Notes under the pieces: generated by a model | Told to the model about the DNA's origin: nothing | The model's database searches: none | The model's input: only the letters and a program-made list of their open reading frames with translations | Made by a program: the position numbers and the translations under genes | Shown: in pieces, positions 29,471 through 38,737 of the stretch | How the letters are laid out: the number at the start of each line of letters is the position of its first letter | How positions within the stretch are numbered: the first letter of the stretch is position 1 | Source: a virus | IMG/VR virus record: IMGVR_UViG_3300046471_000128 | Location: 32,001-96,000 of that record | DNA: 64,000 nucleotides | Reading direction: 5' to 3' (one strand)

Positions 29471-29688
29471 CGCGGCCGGCAGCACCAGAAGTGATCGCCC
29501 TGCTCCGAGTGCGCGAGCGCCCGGCTGACCGTCGCGTATTCGTCCGCGCTGGGCGTGCGCACCCAGATCACGAAGTCATAGGCGCGGCCGCGGGCCTGGT
29601 CGGCCTCGTCGATCGATTCCATCGTCCAGGGCGAGAGGGCGCCCTTCGTGCCCACGATAGCGAGCGTCTTGGCGGTCGTCTTGATCAT
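29467..29688 (-). CDS. Hypothetical protein
   Basis: ATGA-coupled on both sides within the operon. Confidence 0.55.
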   Translation of the reverse strand: MIKTTAKTLAIVGTKGALSPWTMESIDEADQARGRAYDFVIWVRTPSADEYATVSRALAHSEQGDHFWCCRPR

Positions 29689-30674
29689 GCTGTCTCCTGA
29701 GTGGCGAGTAAGTCGAGGCGCAACGGTTCGTCGACGCCTTGGTTTTCGAAAGCGGCGAGCGGGATGCGCGCCGGCAGCGGGCGCATCGCCTGTGTGTTCG
29801 GATCCCAGTCGGGGTTGGTCCAGGCGGCATACACGGTCGCGCCGAACACGAGCTGCTGGGTCTGTTTGAGGAGATACCCGAGCTCCATCGTCTCGACGCG
29901 GCTGGTGCCGTTTAGCCGGTTGTCGCCCGACTTCTCCATCGAGCTGTTGCGGTAATAGAAGGCTCGGAGCTCCTTCAACGTGTGCTCGCGCAGGTAATCG
30001 GGCATCGCCTCGATCTCCGCCTTGATCGCCACGTAGTCGTAGGCCGGGCTCTTGAAGTGGCGCGCGAAGAACGCCAGGCCCGACTCGAACGCCGGCGCCG
30101 ACTTCGGCTTCACGAAGCGCATGCCGGCCTTGATCGAGAACGGGTTGTAGCGGCTCATCGAGCTGCGGCTCTCCACATACCGGAAGCCCATCAGCCGGTA
30201 GCCGATGTTCTTGAAGCGGTAGGCAATGCCGCCGCCCCGATACATCGTGTCGAGCACCGTGCGTGAGGACAGGATCAGGTTCTTGTTGATCCAGGCCATG
30301 CGCTGCACGTTGATGAGACGCGTGTCGCGGCCGTTCTGGTTCGGCCGCATGTGCGGGAACACCTGATTGCGCCCGGAATCGAGCGGCTTGGGCACCGTGA
30401 ACACCATCACGCCGATCGTGAGCGGCGGATTCTCGCCGTCGTCGATCACCAGGCGCACGTAGCGCGGGCCGATGCCGTTCTGGCTCGCCTTGTAGTGGAG
30501 CTCATGCAAGAGCTGCCAGTCCTCCAGCGTGCCGCGCTCGACATACATGTGCTTCACGAGCGACAGGGGGCGCGTGCCGGCCGCCGGGTCACGCCAGGCG
30601 ATGATCGGGCTGTCCGGATCGTCCGAGGCCGTGATCGGCCCGGCAAGGTTCAGGGCGGAGGCCGGCGCGTTCAT
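29685..30674 (-). CDS. GNAT-like acetyltransferase (ABC-ATPase-associated type)
   Basis: LHELHY; SRTVLDTMYRGGGIA acetyl-CoA-binding motif; MSRYNPFSIKAGM; start ATG 30674. Confidence 0.75.
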   Translation of the reverse strand: MNAPASALNLAGPITASDDPDSPIIAWRDPAAGTRPLSLVKHMYVERGTLEDWQLLHELHYKASQNGIGPRYVRLVIDDGENPPLTIGVMVFTVPKPLDSGRNQVFPHMRPNQNGRDTRLINVQRMAWINKNLILSSRTVLDTMYRGGGIAYRFKNIGYRLMGFRYVESRSSMSRYNPFSIKAGMRFVKPKSAPAFESGLAFFARHFKSPAYDYVAIKAEIEAMPDYLREHTLKELRAFYYRNSSMEKSGDNRLNGTSRVETMELGYLLKQTQQLVFGATVYAAWTNPDWDPNTQAMRPLPARIPLAAFENQGVDEPLRLDLLATQETA

Positions 30675-31000
30675 TCGAAATCCAGCCCGTCGGTGATGAC
30701 GTAGTTGGCCGCGAGCCACTCCTTGATCTGCGCCTTGGTGCGTGCCCCGACGAACTGGCTCCTGACGACGGTGTTCTGGAGCACCCGCACGTTCGGCACG
30801 TTGCGCACGCCAAGCGTCTGCAGCTCGGCTTCCGAGAAGTCGGTCACGCAAAGCTCGTGGTAGCCGAAGCCATAGTCGGCCTTGAGCGCCTGGAGCGCGG
30901 GCTTCACCACCTTGCAGGGGCCGCACCACGGCGCCGTGAAGATCACGACCTGCGGGCGGTGGGAGGAATCAACGAGTGCTGCGTCGTATTGCGGTTTCAT
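30671..31000 (-). CDS. Thioredoxin
   Basis: FTAPWCGPCK active site; GVRNVP. Confidence 0.9.
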   Translation of the reverse strand: MKPQYDAALVDSSHRPQVVIFTAPWCGPCKVVKPALQALKADYGFGYHELCVTDFSEAELQTLGVRNVPNVRVLQNTVVRSQFVGARTKAQIKEWLAANYVITDGLDFE

Positions 31001-31716
31001 CAGGCCATCCGTTTCAAAAGTTCAAATGCTTCGTCGCGAGTCATCGCGCGATGCCCCTCTGCCGCGTCAGCAAGCTCGCGGTGGGCTTCGATGCGTAACT
31101 TCTCCCGGTAACGCTTCTCGATGTAGAGAGACGGCTGGAGGTCTTCCACGAGGTCGAGGTGGGTCGTTGCGACGATCACCGTCGCATTGACCTTGCGGGC
31201 GGTCTTCTGCAGCGCGAACGCGATCACCTTGGCGGCGGTCCGGTCAAGCACCGCCATGAACTCGTCGGCGACCCAGACGTCGGCCTGGCTCTCGATGGCT
31301 TTGGCGAGCTTGAAGCGGTAGCGCTGGCCGTCAGAGAGCTCGCCGGGCTTACGAATGAAGAGGTAGGCGTCGTTGAGGCCGGCGATCGACAGGAGGCGAA
31401 TCGCGTCGTTGGTCGAGGTGCCGATCTGGTCGATCAGCGGCAGGTCGGGGTCGAGCGCCACCTCGTCGAGGTTGGCGACCTTCTGCCCTTCGGCAGCCAT
31501 CTGGTGCGCGAGCTCGCGCAGGAGCAGCGACTTGCCCGAGCCCGACTGGCCGGTGATGTAGACGACATCGCCCCGCACCACGTCGAGGTCGAGCTTGTCG
31601 AAGATCACGAATTCCTTGTCGTCCAGGCCCAGGCCGAACGCTTCAGCGACTTCGACGACGCGCTGGCTGCGGGCCACGCGCGTGTGGAATCGCTTGTCGA
31701 TGGTGTAGATGCTCAT
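31000..31716 (-). CDS. Soluble ABC-family ATPase (no permease partner)
   Basis: GQSGSGKS Walker A, LSDGQ signature, VADEF Walker B, TTH switch. Confidence 0.9.
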   Translation of the reverse strand: MSIYTIDKRFHTRVARSQRVVEVAEAFGLGLDDKEFVIFDKLDLDVVRGDVVYITGQSGSGKSLLLRELAHQMAAEGQKVANLDEVALDPDLPLIDQIGTSTNDAIRLLSIAGLNDAYLFIRKPGELSDGQRYRFKLAKAIESQADVWVADEFMAVLDRTAAKVIAFALQKTARKVNATVIVATTHLDLVEDLQPSLYIEKRYREKLRIEAHRELADAAEGHRAMTRDEAFELLKRMA

Positions 31717-32045
31717 GCTGGGTATGTCGGGTAGTGGCTATTGAGGCGGGAGAACCAGTCCCAGTAGCCGAGGTTGTCTTGCCAGAAGGCGCACAGGCCG
31801 TTTGCCGTGAGCGTGGTGAAGTCCTCTTCCGTGCTGGAGTTCTCCAGCCCGTAGACCCAATGGATCGCGTGCAGGCACTCGTGCAGGAAGGTGTTCGCGA
31901 GCTTCTGGGGCGTCATGCCGGGCTGCAGTCGGATGCGCTGGCCGATCGTGTTGCAGTGGCCGAACTCACGGTTGCCCTCGGCGTCGTGCTGGCTCATCAG
32001 CTCCACGACGAACCAGTAGTTGCCTACGCGCACCGCGCGGGGCAT
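31713..32045 (-). CDS. HExxH zinc metallopeptidase-like protein
   Basis: TFLHECLHAI followed by EEDF. Confidence 0.7.
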   Translation of the reverse strand: MPRAVRVGNYWFVVELMSQHDAEGNREFGHCNTIGQRIRLQPGMTPQKLANTFLHECLHAIHWVYGLENSSTEEDFTTLTANGLCAFWQDNLGYWDWFSRLNSHYPTYPA

Positions 32046-32088
32046 GTCCTTGTAAGGATCAAAAACGGCGATATCAGTCACGGGTAAC

Positions 32089-32730
32089 TTATTCCAAGGT
32101 TTGGAGGAAGGTGGACAGCGCGTCGGCGCCGGCAAGCCCGGTGACAGCCTGGGCGCGCGCCATGAAGCGCACGATGTGGATCTCGTCGGCGCCTGAGACG
32201 TCCTTGAAGCCGAACACCTTCGCGAGCGGCACGCGGCGCGCGCTCACCTCGTCGGCTTTGGCGTGCGCGGCCTCTTCCTGCATCTCGACGGCGACCGCGA
32301 CGTCCGGCACGAAGGCCGCGTCGTTCAGCTCGCCGAGGTCGGCCATCGAGAACTCGAGCTCCTTCACATCGAAAATGCCGCTCAGCAGGCCCTCAATGCC
32401 CTCGATCTCGTCGCGGAACATCATCGTGTCGATGCCGCCCTCGTTCGTGCGGTTGTCCGCCAGGCGCAGCGCCCGCTTCTGCTCATCGGTCAGGCCCGAC
32501 AGCACGACCACCGGCACTTCGGTGATTGAGAGCTTGATCGCCGCCAGGCGCCGGCCGTGGCCGGCGATGATCTCGTTGTTCTCATCGATCACGATCGGCT
32601 GGGTCCAGCCGAACTGCTGGATCGACTCGACGATCTTGGCGACCTGCGCGTCGTCGTGTTTCTTGACGTTCTTCGCGTAGGGCACGAGCGCGGCGACGGC
32701 GCGTCGCTCTTCGGTGCGGGCGGGATTCAT
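32089..32730 (-). CDS. ParB/Srx N-terminal domain protein
   Basis: LVPYAKN..SIQQFGWTQPIVID..IIAGHGRRLAA..LRLADNR. Confidence 0.9.
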   Translation of the reverse strand: MNPARTEERRAVAALVPYAKNVKKHDDAQVAKIVESIQQFGWTQPIVIDENNEIIAGHGRRLAAIKLSITEVPVVVLSGLTDEQKRALRLADNRTNEGGIDTMMFRDEIEGIEGLLSGIFDVKELEFSMADLGELNDAAFVPDVAVAVEMQEEAAHAKADEVSARRVPLAKVFGFKDVSGADEIHIVRFMARAQAVTGLAGADALSTFLQTLE

Positions 32731-32945
32731 GCGGCCTCCGGGTGTTCGAAGCGCACGCACGCGGCGGTCTTGTGGACCTTGAACCCGCCGATCCCGCAGC
32801 GCAGGTTCGTCTGGTTGACGTAGACGCTGCCACCGAAGGCGGCCTTAACCGTCACTTCCTCGAACTCGAAATGGCGGCAGCTGCCGCAGTTGTTCGGCGC
32901 GCGGCTGTAGTGCTGCGCGGCCTTGGCTTCGCTTTGTTTGCTCAT
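32727..32945 (-). CDS. Small Cys-rich protein
   Basis: CGSCRHF..C..C; translationally coupled. Confidence 0.65.
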   Translation of the reverse strand: MSKQSEAKAAQHYSRAPNNCGSCRHFEFEEVTVKAAFGGSVYVNQTNLRCGIGGFKVHKTAACVRFEHPEAA

Positions 32946-33217
32946 GCTGCTTGCAGCTCCTTCTCTTCAATGGCTGGCTCAAGTGCGTCAGGAATGCACT
33001 CGGCAGGCAGCGGGGTTTGGATCTTGCGGAAAAACCGCACGACGGCGGCCTTGCGCTGGGAAAGCTTGTCGTCGAGGTCGTCATCCGGCTCGTATTCGTC
33101 GCCGTTGTCGCAGTTCTCGCAGATGGCTGGCTCCCGGTTGTGGAAGTAGCAGCTCTGGCACTCTGGGAAAAGGAACTCGGAGCGCGGGATGCGCGCAAAA
33201 CCCGTCGGGCGTGTCAT
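32942..33217 (-). CDS. Small zinc-finger-like protein
   Basis: CQSC..CENC with acidic tail; ATG 33217. Confidence 0.6.
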   Translation of the reverse strand: MTRPTGFARIPRSEFLFPECQSCYFHNREPAICENCDNGDEYEPDDDLDDKLSQRKAAVVRFFRKIQTPLPAECIPDALEPAIEEKELQAA

Positions 33218-33576
33218 ACCGTGATCCAGTCGTCCGCGAGCATGTCGAGGTTGGTCGGAAACCAGCCCGACCAGCTGGCGCCGTCCGTCTCGCACTTGAA
33301 CAACCCATCGACGATCGCCAGTGTGTAGGTGCGCGTGAAGCCCGTTTTCCAGCCCACGCGAGAGACGCGCAGGCCCGTCTTCAATGCCTCCAGCGCCATG
33401 CCGAAGCTCATGCCGACGGCCGGCCGGTAGGCTTTCTCGAAGACCGCCTTGGGTGACCAGCTGATGTAGCCGTCCTCGTAGCGAACTGAGTAGCCCTCTT
33501 CGGCGTTGCCCGTGACCGGGTTGATCGCGGCGAGGGGCTCCGCGTGGATGATCTTGCTGCCGATGTATCGGTTCAT
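33214..33576 (-). CDS. DUF2829 / Tad2-like signalling-nucleotide sponge
   Basis: MSFGMALEALKTGLRVSRVGW...WFPTNLDMLADDW plus N-terminal YIGSK..GYSVRYEDGYISWSPKAVFEKAY. Confidence 0.7.
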   Translation of the reverse strand: MNRYIGSKIIHAEPLAAINPVTGNAEEGYSVRYEDGYISWSPKAVFEKAYRPAVGMSFGMALEALKTGLRVSRVGWKTGFTRTYTLAIVDGLFKCETDGASWSGWFPTNLDMLADDWITV

Positions 33577-34235
33577 TTGTATGCCTTCATGAGATCGACG
33601 AAGGCGTTGCCCGCGTTCGTCATGGAGTCTTCGGTGGTGAACCCTTGCTCGCGCTGGCGGCGCTCGATCGCGGAGGTGATCCAGGCGACGTCTTCGACCG
33701 GCACCTTGAAGCGCATCACCTGATGGGTGGCGCCCAGGCCCGCGCCGGACAGATCAGGCATTTCGGTCTGATCCAGCTGGTCAAGCTCGTCGATGTCTAT
33801 ACTTGACGCTGCCAGAATCGTTTCGAGTTCGGTGTCGGTGTAAGGCATGAACAGGGCGATGTCTTCGGTGCCGAGTTCCTTGAGCAAGCGCGAGAGCGCA
33901 AGCGTGTCGTCTTCGCCGTAGCGGCCGTTGTCGACCAGGCCGATCTCCTTCGCCGTGGTGTCCGAGATCGGTCCCACATCGACGATGGGCACTTCGGTGT
34001 AGCCAAGGCGCTGCGCGGCTTCCCAGCGGTGCTGACCGCCGAGGATCTGGTAACCGGTGCCGTCTGGGTGCGGGCGCACGACGATCGGCTTGTAAACGCC
34101 GAACCGCTTGATACTGATGTCCAACTTGTCCTCATTTTCGGGAGCGACATAGTTGGTGTTCCAAGGGTTCGGGCGCAGACTTGCAACTGACACCTTGCCC
34201 TGTGCGGGGTAGATCGAGGATGGCGAAGCAGCCAT
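33573..34235 (-). CDS. Second ParB/Srx domain protein
   Basis: LRPNPWNTN..SIKRFGVYKPIVVR..ILGGQHRWEAA. Confidence 0.88.
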   Translation of the reverse strand: MAASPSSIYPAQGKVSVASLRPNPWNTNYVAPENEDKLDISIKRFGVYKPIVVRPHPDGTGYQILGGQHRWEAAQRLGYTEVPIVDVGPISDTTAKEIGLVDNGRYGEDDTLALSRLLKELGTEDIALFMPYTDTELETILAASSIDIDELDQLDQTEMPDLSGAGLGATHQVMRFKVPVEDVAWITSAIERRQREQGFTTEDSMTNAGNAFVDLMKAYK

Positions 34236-34297
34236 AATGCACTCACACGTAATAAGTTACCGCTTACTATAGCGATGGAACTCCTATAAGGCAAGAA

Positions 34298-36028
34298 ATG
34301 ACGACTCCCATTACCCTCGCCGCAGGTGCGGTGAACGCCAAACTGATCGGCGCGCCGCGCGAAGCGGCGCTGCTCGTGCGCGACAAGCTCTCCTACCTGG
34401 TGGACGGCGCGAGCTACTCGCAGGCGTTCAAGGGCACCTCGTGGGACGGCACGTCAAGCTTCTACGACTTCTCGACCGGCATGTTTCCGGCGGGTTTCGT
34501 CTACAAGGTCTATTCGACGCTGCTGAAAGCCGGCTACCGGGTCAACCTCGTGAGGAAGGAAGCACCGCCGCCGCTGGGCCCGGAGCGCCCCGTGGTCGAC
34601 AGCTTCGGCTACGACCCGCGCTACGCCTATCAGCCCGAGGTGGCCGACAAGCTCGTCAAGCACCGGCAGGTGATCGCCCGCGTCGCGACGGGCGGGGGTA
34701 AATCCCGGATTGCCCGCATCTGCTACAAGCGCATCGACCGGCCGACGCTCTTTCTGACCACCCGGGGCATCCTGATGTATCAGATGGGCGAAGCCGTCGA
34801 AGAGAACCTCGGCGAGCGCGTGGGCGTCGTGGGCGACAGCCAGCGGGACTTCTCCCGCAAGTTTACGCTCGGGATGGTGCAGACGATTAGCCAGGCGATC
34901 GACAAGTGGACCGACGACGGGGAGCTCCTCGCCTACATCAAGAACCGGGATGCGGCCGAAGACCGCGAGGTCGTGAAGCTGCAGACGCGGCTCAAGAAGC
35001 AAAAGCTGCCGCTCGGCCAGGTCGCCGACGCCACCACCGCGCTCAGGAAGACGCTCGAAGCGCAGCGCCCCGCCGACGCGCAGGTCGTGGCCGACATCCA
35101 GGCGAAGGTGCGGGATCACAACCGCAAGCGCGAGGAAATGATCGCCTTCCTGGCGAAAATTGAATTCGTTATTCTCGAGGAAGCGCATGAGGCGTCCGGC
35201 GAGGGCTTCTACGAGATCATGCGGCACTGCGTGAACGCCCACTACCGGTTGGCACTCACCGCCACGCCGTTCATGAAAGACAGCCCCGAAGCGAACATGC
35301 GGCTCGAGGCGTGCTCCGGGCCCGTGGCGATCACGGTCACTGAGAAGCAGCTGATCGACCTCGGCGTGCTTGCGCGGCCGTTCTTCAAGTTCGTGCGGCT
35401 GCAGAACGCGGCGCCCTCGTATGTCGAGACGGTCGAGAGCAAGGGAATCACGCGCCAAGTCACGCACCGGCTGTTCCGCTCGACCCCGTGGCCGAAATGC
35501 CTCGAGATCGGCGTGGTCCACAACGAGGAGCGCAACCGCGCGATCGTCTATGAGGTGAGCCGCGCGAAGCAATACGGGCTGCCGTCGATGATTCTGGTCG
35601 GCCGCCAGGAGCACGGCAAGAAGCTCGTGGAGATGCTCACGCAGGCGGGCGTGCGCTGCGCATTCATCTTCGGTGAGCACAACCAGAAGGAGCGCAAGGC
35701 CGCGCTCAACGCGCTCGCACAGGGCAAGATCGACGCGCTGATCGGCTCGACCATCCTCGACGTGGGCGTCGATGTGCCCGCCGTCGGCATGATCGTGCTC
35801 GCGGGCGCGGGCAAAGCCGAGGTCCAGGCCCGCCAGCGCATCGGCCGGGGTCTGCGCGCGAAGAAGAAGGGGCCGAACGTTGCGTTCGTGGTCGATTTCA
35901 TCGAAGCAGCCAACAGCACGCTGCGGGACCACCAGAACGAGCGCCTGTCGATCATTCAGAGCACGCCGGGCTTTGCCGAGAACATCGTGAGCGACTTCGA
36001 CTACTCGATTTTCAGGGAGGCGGCGTGA
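34298..36028 (+). CDS. Superfamily 2 DNA helicase
   Basis: ATGGGKS, LEEAH, LTATP, ILDVGVDVP, QRIGRGLR. Confidence 0.92.
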   Translation: MTTPITLAAGAVNAKLIGAPREAALLVRDKLSYLVDGASYSQAFKGTSWDGTSSFYDFSTGMFPAGFVYKVYSTLLKAGYRVNLVRKEAPPPLGPERPVVDSFGYDPRYAYQPEVADKLVKHRQVIARVATGGGKSRIARICYKRIDRPTLFLTTRGILMYQMGEAVEENLGERVGVVGDSQRDFSRKFTLGMVQTISQAIDKWTDDGELLAYIKNRDAAEDREVVKLQTRLKKQKLPLGQVADATTALRKTLEAQRPADAQVVADIQAKVRDHNRKREEMIAFLAKIEFVILEEAHEASGEGFYEIMRHCVNAHYRLALTATPFMKDSPEANMRLEACSGPVAITVTEKQLIDLGVLARPFFKFVRLQNAAPSYVETVESKGITRQVTHRLFRSTPWPKCLEIGVVHNEERNRAIVYEVSRAKQYGLPSMILVGRQEHGKKLVEMLTQAGVRCAFIFGEHNQKERKAALNALAQGKIDALIGSTILDVGVDVPAVGMIVLAGAGKAEVQARQRIGRGLRAKKKGPNVAFVVDFIEAANSTLRDHQNERLSIIQSTPGFAENIVSDFDYSIFREAA

Positions 36029-36030
36029 TG

Positions 36031-36813
36031 TTAAGTCCAGTTTCGTTCCAGTGCCAACGCTTCTCCTTGCTTCGTCAAACCGAGTGTATCCACCGCATAA
36101 CCCGGCAATACCGTAACGTAGCTAGCCAGCTTGTCGACAGAGTGAGCAAATCGCAGCTTCGACACCTTCAAGTCGCGCATAAGATCGACCGAAGCGATCG
36201 CTCCATAATGGGCAAGCAGCCTGATCATTTTCTCCTCGACCGGTGAAAATGCATGCTCGGCAGGAGCTGCTGGCGTTGCGCGAGCGGCCGGCTCGGCGAA
36301 GTCAGTTTGCGCGGGAGCGGGCTGAACCTTATCGAACGCCTTCGCAACGCCGCCCTCCAGTCCCGTCCACCCTCGCTCGAAGCGTTCTCGCAACGCCGAC
36401 TCCTTTTCTGGGGCTTCGTTGGCAGTGTTGATCGCTATGACCAGGGCGAGAAAGTCCTCTTTCTCGAACACCGTAGCTTGGAACTGTGCAAGCGGGGAGG
36501 GCAATCTGCTCTTGTCGACGCGAAGGCACAGTGGATGGATCGCCGCGTTAGCCATTGACTTTGAGAGCGCGCCCGCTTCGAAATGAAGCCACGGTTCCTG
36601 CATGTTGTCCTGCGTGACGCATATGATGCCGACGTTCGTGCTGTCGAGTTCCTGCGCGAGTTGCAGCCCCCACCGCCGCCCCTTCTGAAGATCGGCATCA
36701 GACACCCAAACGTCGGCCGTGCGAAGCGTCATTTCGAGAAAGTGCTTCAGCTCCACAGCGATCGTTTTCGCCGGCTCTTTGGACCAGCTTACGAATATCT
36801 TCATGGACCCCAT
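36031..36813 (-). CDS. TIR domain protein with C-terminal winged helix
   Basis: KIFVSWS..VWVSDADLQKGRRW..GIICVT..PWLHFEAGAL with catalytic Glu; lower GC than its neighbours. Confidence 0.85.
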   Translation of the reverse strand: MGSMKIFVSWSKEPAKTIAVELKHFLEMTLRTADVWVSDADLQKGRRWGLQLAQELDSTNVGIICVTQDNMQEPWLHFEAGALSKSMANAAIHPLCLRVDKSRLPSPLAQFQATVFEKEDFLALVIAINTANEAPEKESALRERFERGWTGLEGGVAKAFDKVQPAPAQTDFAEPAARATPAAPAEHAFSPVEEKMIRLLAHYGAIASVDLMRDLKVSKLRFAHSVDKLASYVTVLPGYAVDTLGLTKQGEALALERNWT

Positions 36814-36894
36814 CCGAACGATTAATGCGGCAATATTCGGATTATACCGGCCACTGACCGCCGTTCTTATGTGGTGTCATTCGGCGGCTTCGGA

Positions 36895-36918
36895 TAAAGT
36901 AAGCTATAGCTTACTTTA
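36895..36918. promoter_or_regulatory. Perfect 24-bp palindrome TAAAGTAAGCTATAGCTTACTTTA
   Basis: Read directly; lies in a divergent intergenic region and resembles the 18-bp operator family. Confidence 0.75.
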
Positions 36919-36929
36919 AAGGAGAAGCC

Positions 36930-37160
36930 ATGTTCCCCTCGCGCGTTCCGGTGCTGTATCTGTTTCACATCGCCTGCGTCATCGGCATCATCGCGCTCGT
37001 GGTCATCTGGACCAGCAACCCTCTGGCCCTGCTCGCGCTGAACTTCCTGCCCGACGTGCCGCTCATGCAAGACCCCGAGCAGGTCGCCCGTATTGGAGCC
37101 ATCGAGCGTGAGCTCGAGGATGCCGACGGCGGCTCTGGGAATCCGATTGGGTTCATGTAG
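36930..37160 (+). CDS. Small membrane protein
   Basis: AAGGAG RBS; hydrophobic N-terminus; followed by a terminator. Confidence 0.65.
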   Translation: MFPSRVPVLYLFHIACVIGIIALVVIWTSNPLALLALNFLPDVPLMQDPEQVARIGAIERELEDADGGSGNPIGFM

Positions 37161-37180
37161 CCCAAGCCCCACCCTTCCCG

Positions 37181-37204
37181 AACGGCGCGCAATGCGCCGT
37201 TTTT
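37181..37204 (+). terminator. Intrinsic terminator
   Basis: AACGGCGC gcaat GCGCCGTT followed by TTTT. Confidence 0.7.
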
Positions 37205-37266
37205 CGTTTGGATCTGCCGCGTTGCCTATAATTATAAATATGACATAACCATAGGGTCGCATAACA

Positions 37267-37551
37267 ATGACCGATCGCCTTCGCACCGCCATCGCCCTCA
37301 CCGACACCTCGCGGGAGCGCCTCGCACGGATGGCCGAGGTCGCCGGGCTCTCCCAGAACGCCACTCTCGAGTCGATTATCCTCGGCATCACCGACGACGA
37401 ACTGCGCACGATTGCCGCCCGGGGCAACGTCGTGGTGAAGGCAGAGAAACGGGAGCGTCTCGCCCAGAAGCGGGCCATTCGCGAGAAGCTCGCCGCGCTC
37501 ACGCCGGCCGAGCAGGAGCGTCTTTTCAAACTAGCCAAGGACGAAAAATGA
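37267..37551 (+). CDS. Ribbon-helix-helix-like DNA-binding protein
   Basis: RTAIALTDTSRERLARMAEVAGLSQNATLESII. Confidence 0.6.
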   Translation: MTDRLRTAIALTDTSRERLARMAEVAGLSQNATLESIILGITDDELRTIAARGNVVVKAEKRERLAQKRAIREKLAALTPAEQERLFKLAKDEK

Positions 37552-38051
37552 GCCTTTATTCCGAGGTGATGGACTACGCGAAGGCCAACCTGCCCGAGAT
37601 CGCGGGTGACATCGACGTCACCAGTTACATCGTCGCGGTGGCCGAGCTGATGCGCCGGATCAACTACTGCCCGAACGCCGCGGACCTGGGCGACACGCAC
37701 AAGTCTTGGGCCTGGCAGTTGAAGGAGCCGATCAAAGACCCGAAGGCGGCGCGGCGCACGTATCGGCGGTTCGCCGAGGCGATGAACGCGGACATGGTGA
37801 AAGCGCTCAAGCACACGCTGGAGCTGCGCGCGGCGAAGAACGCGGGCCTGCCGCCGCCGGCACCGCCTGTCCGGTTGGGTGAGGATGGCGACACCGCGCT
37901 GCCAGTGCTAAGCCCGGCAGGGGCGCTCGAACACACGGTGGATGACGGGCCGGTGATGGTGGTCGCGCCCGTCGATGAGGCGATTGAGGCGATCGTGGGC
38001 AGGTTGCTCGACGAGCAGCCGCTCGACAATGAGGCGTGGGCCGCGTGGTGA
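37548..38051 (+). CDS. Hypothetical protein
   Basis: ATGA-coupled ORF. Confidence 0.65.
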   Translation: MSLYSEVMDYAKANLPEIAGDIDVTSYIVAVAELMRRINYCPNAADLGDTHKSWAWQLKEPIKDPKAARRTYRRFAEAMNADMVKALKHTLELRAAKNAGLPPPAPPVRLGEDGDTALPVLSPAGALEHTVDDGPVMVVAPVDEAIEAIVGRLLDEQPLDNEAWAAW

Positions 38052-38087
38052 GATAGAATCGCGCACCAATCATCGGGGGAATCAAAA

Positions 38088-38402
38088 ATGAAGAAATGGG
38101 GAATGATGCTGTTGCTGGCGGTCGCAGGTAGCGCGCATGCGTATTCAGAAGGGTCGGCGGAGGAGCTCACGAAGCGCGTTCGCGTGTGCAAGGTCTACGC
38201 CGACCTCGGCGATCTGTATTACCGGATGGCGCTGCAGGGGAAGAAGCCGACCGCGCAGAAGGACGACTGGGCCGAGCCGATGCGCCAGCACATCGAGGAT
38301 GAGATTTTCGGGAACGTTGCCTCGTATGACCGGCAGTCGGCAGCAGAGATGGCAGGCACTTACTGCCTTGACAACATCGTGCGCCTGTCGCACGGCGCTT
38401 GA
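38088..38402 (+). CDS. Exported hypothetical protein
   Basis: Sec signal peptide MKKWGMMLLLAVAGSAHA; two Cys. Confidence 0.7.
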   Translation: MKKWGMMLLLAVAGSAHAYSEGSAEELTKRVRVCKVYADLGDLYYRMALQGKKPTAQKDDWAEPMRQHIEDEIFGNVASYDRQSAAEMAGTYCLDNIVRLSHGA

Positions 38403-38737
38403 TCGACGGGCACGGACGGTAGCTGCGGGGCGCGCCAGCGCCCCTAGCGCCGTCTGCCTGGGCCCGCAGGGCCGCGAGGGTGCGATTCCCCATGTGGACA
38501 CACTCAAAGCCCCACAGCCCCTTCCCCACGTCCCACCTTCCACTTTCCCGCTGCCCCACTCCCCGCTTTGCCACGGCCCTATAAGGATCTCGGATTCGCC
38601 GAGGCCCGGCTGTATAAGGATCGGGTCTGGATCGGAAAAAAATTTCCAACGAGGCCCCACCACTATTGCGCGCCGTTCTAAGACCACCGACGTGCCGCAT
38701 GGTCGGTGATCAGTGGGCGGGGCGGGGTCGGTGCGTC

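Noticed and set aside
31000-31716. ABC transporter
   Set aside because: No permease or substrate-binding gene; context is a GNAT/ParB operon
32089-34235. Plasmid partition parAB locus
   Set aside because: No ParA; the proteins lack an evident HTH and sit in a packaging-linked operon
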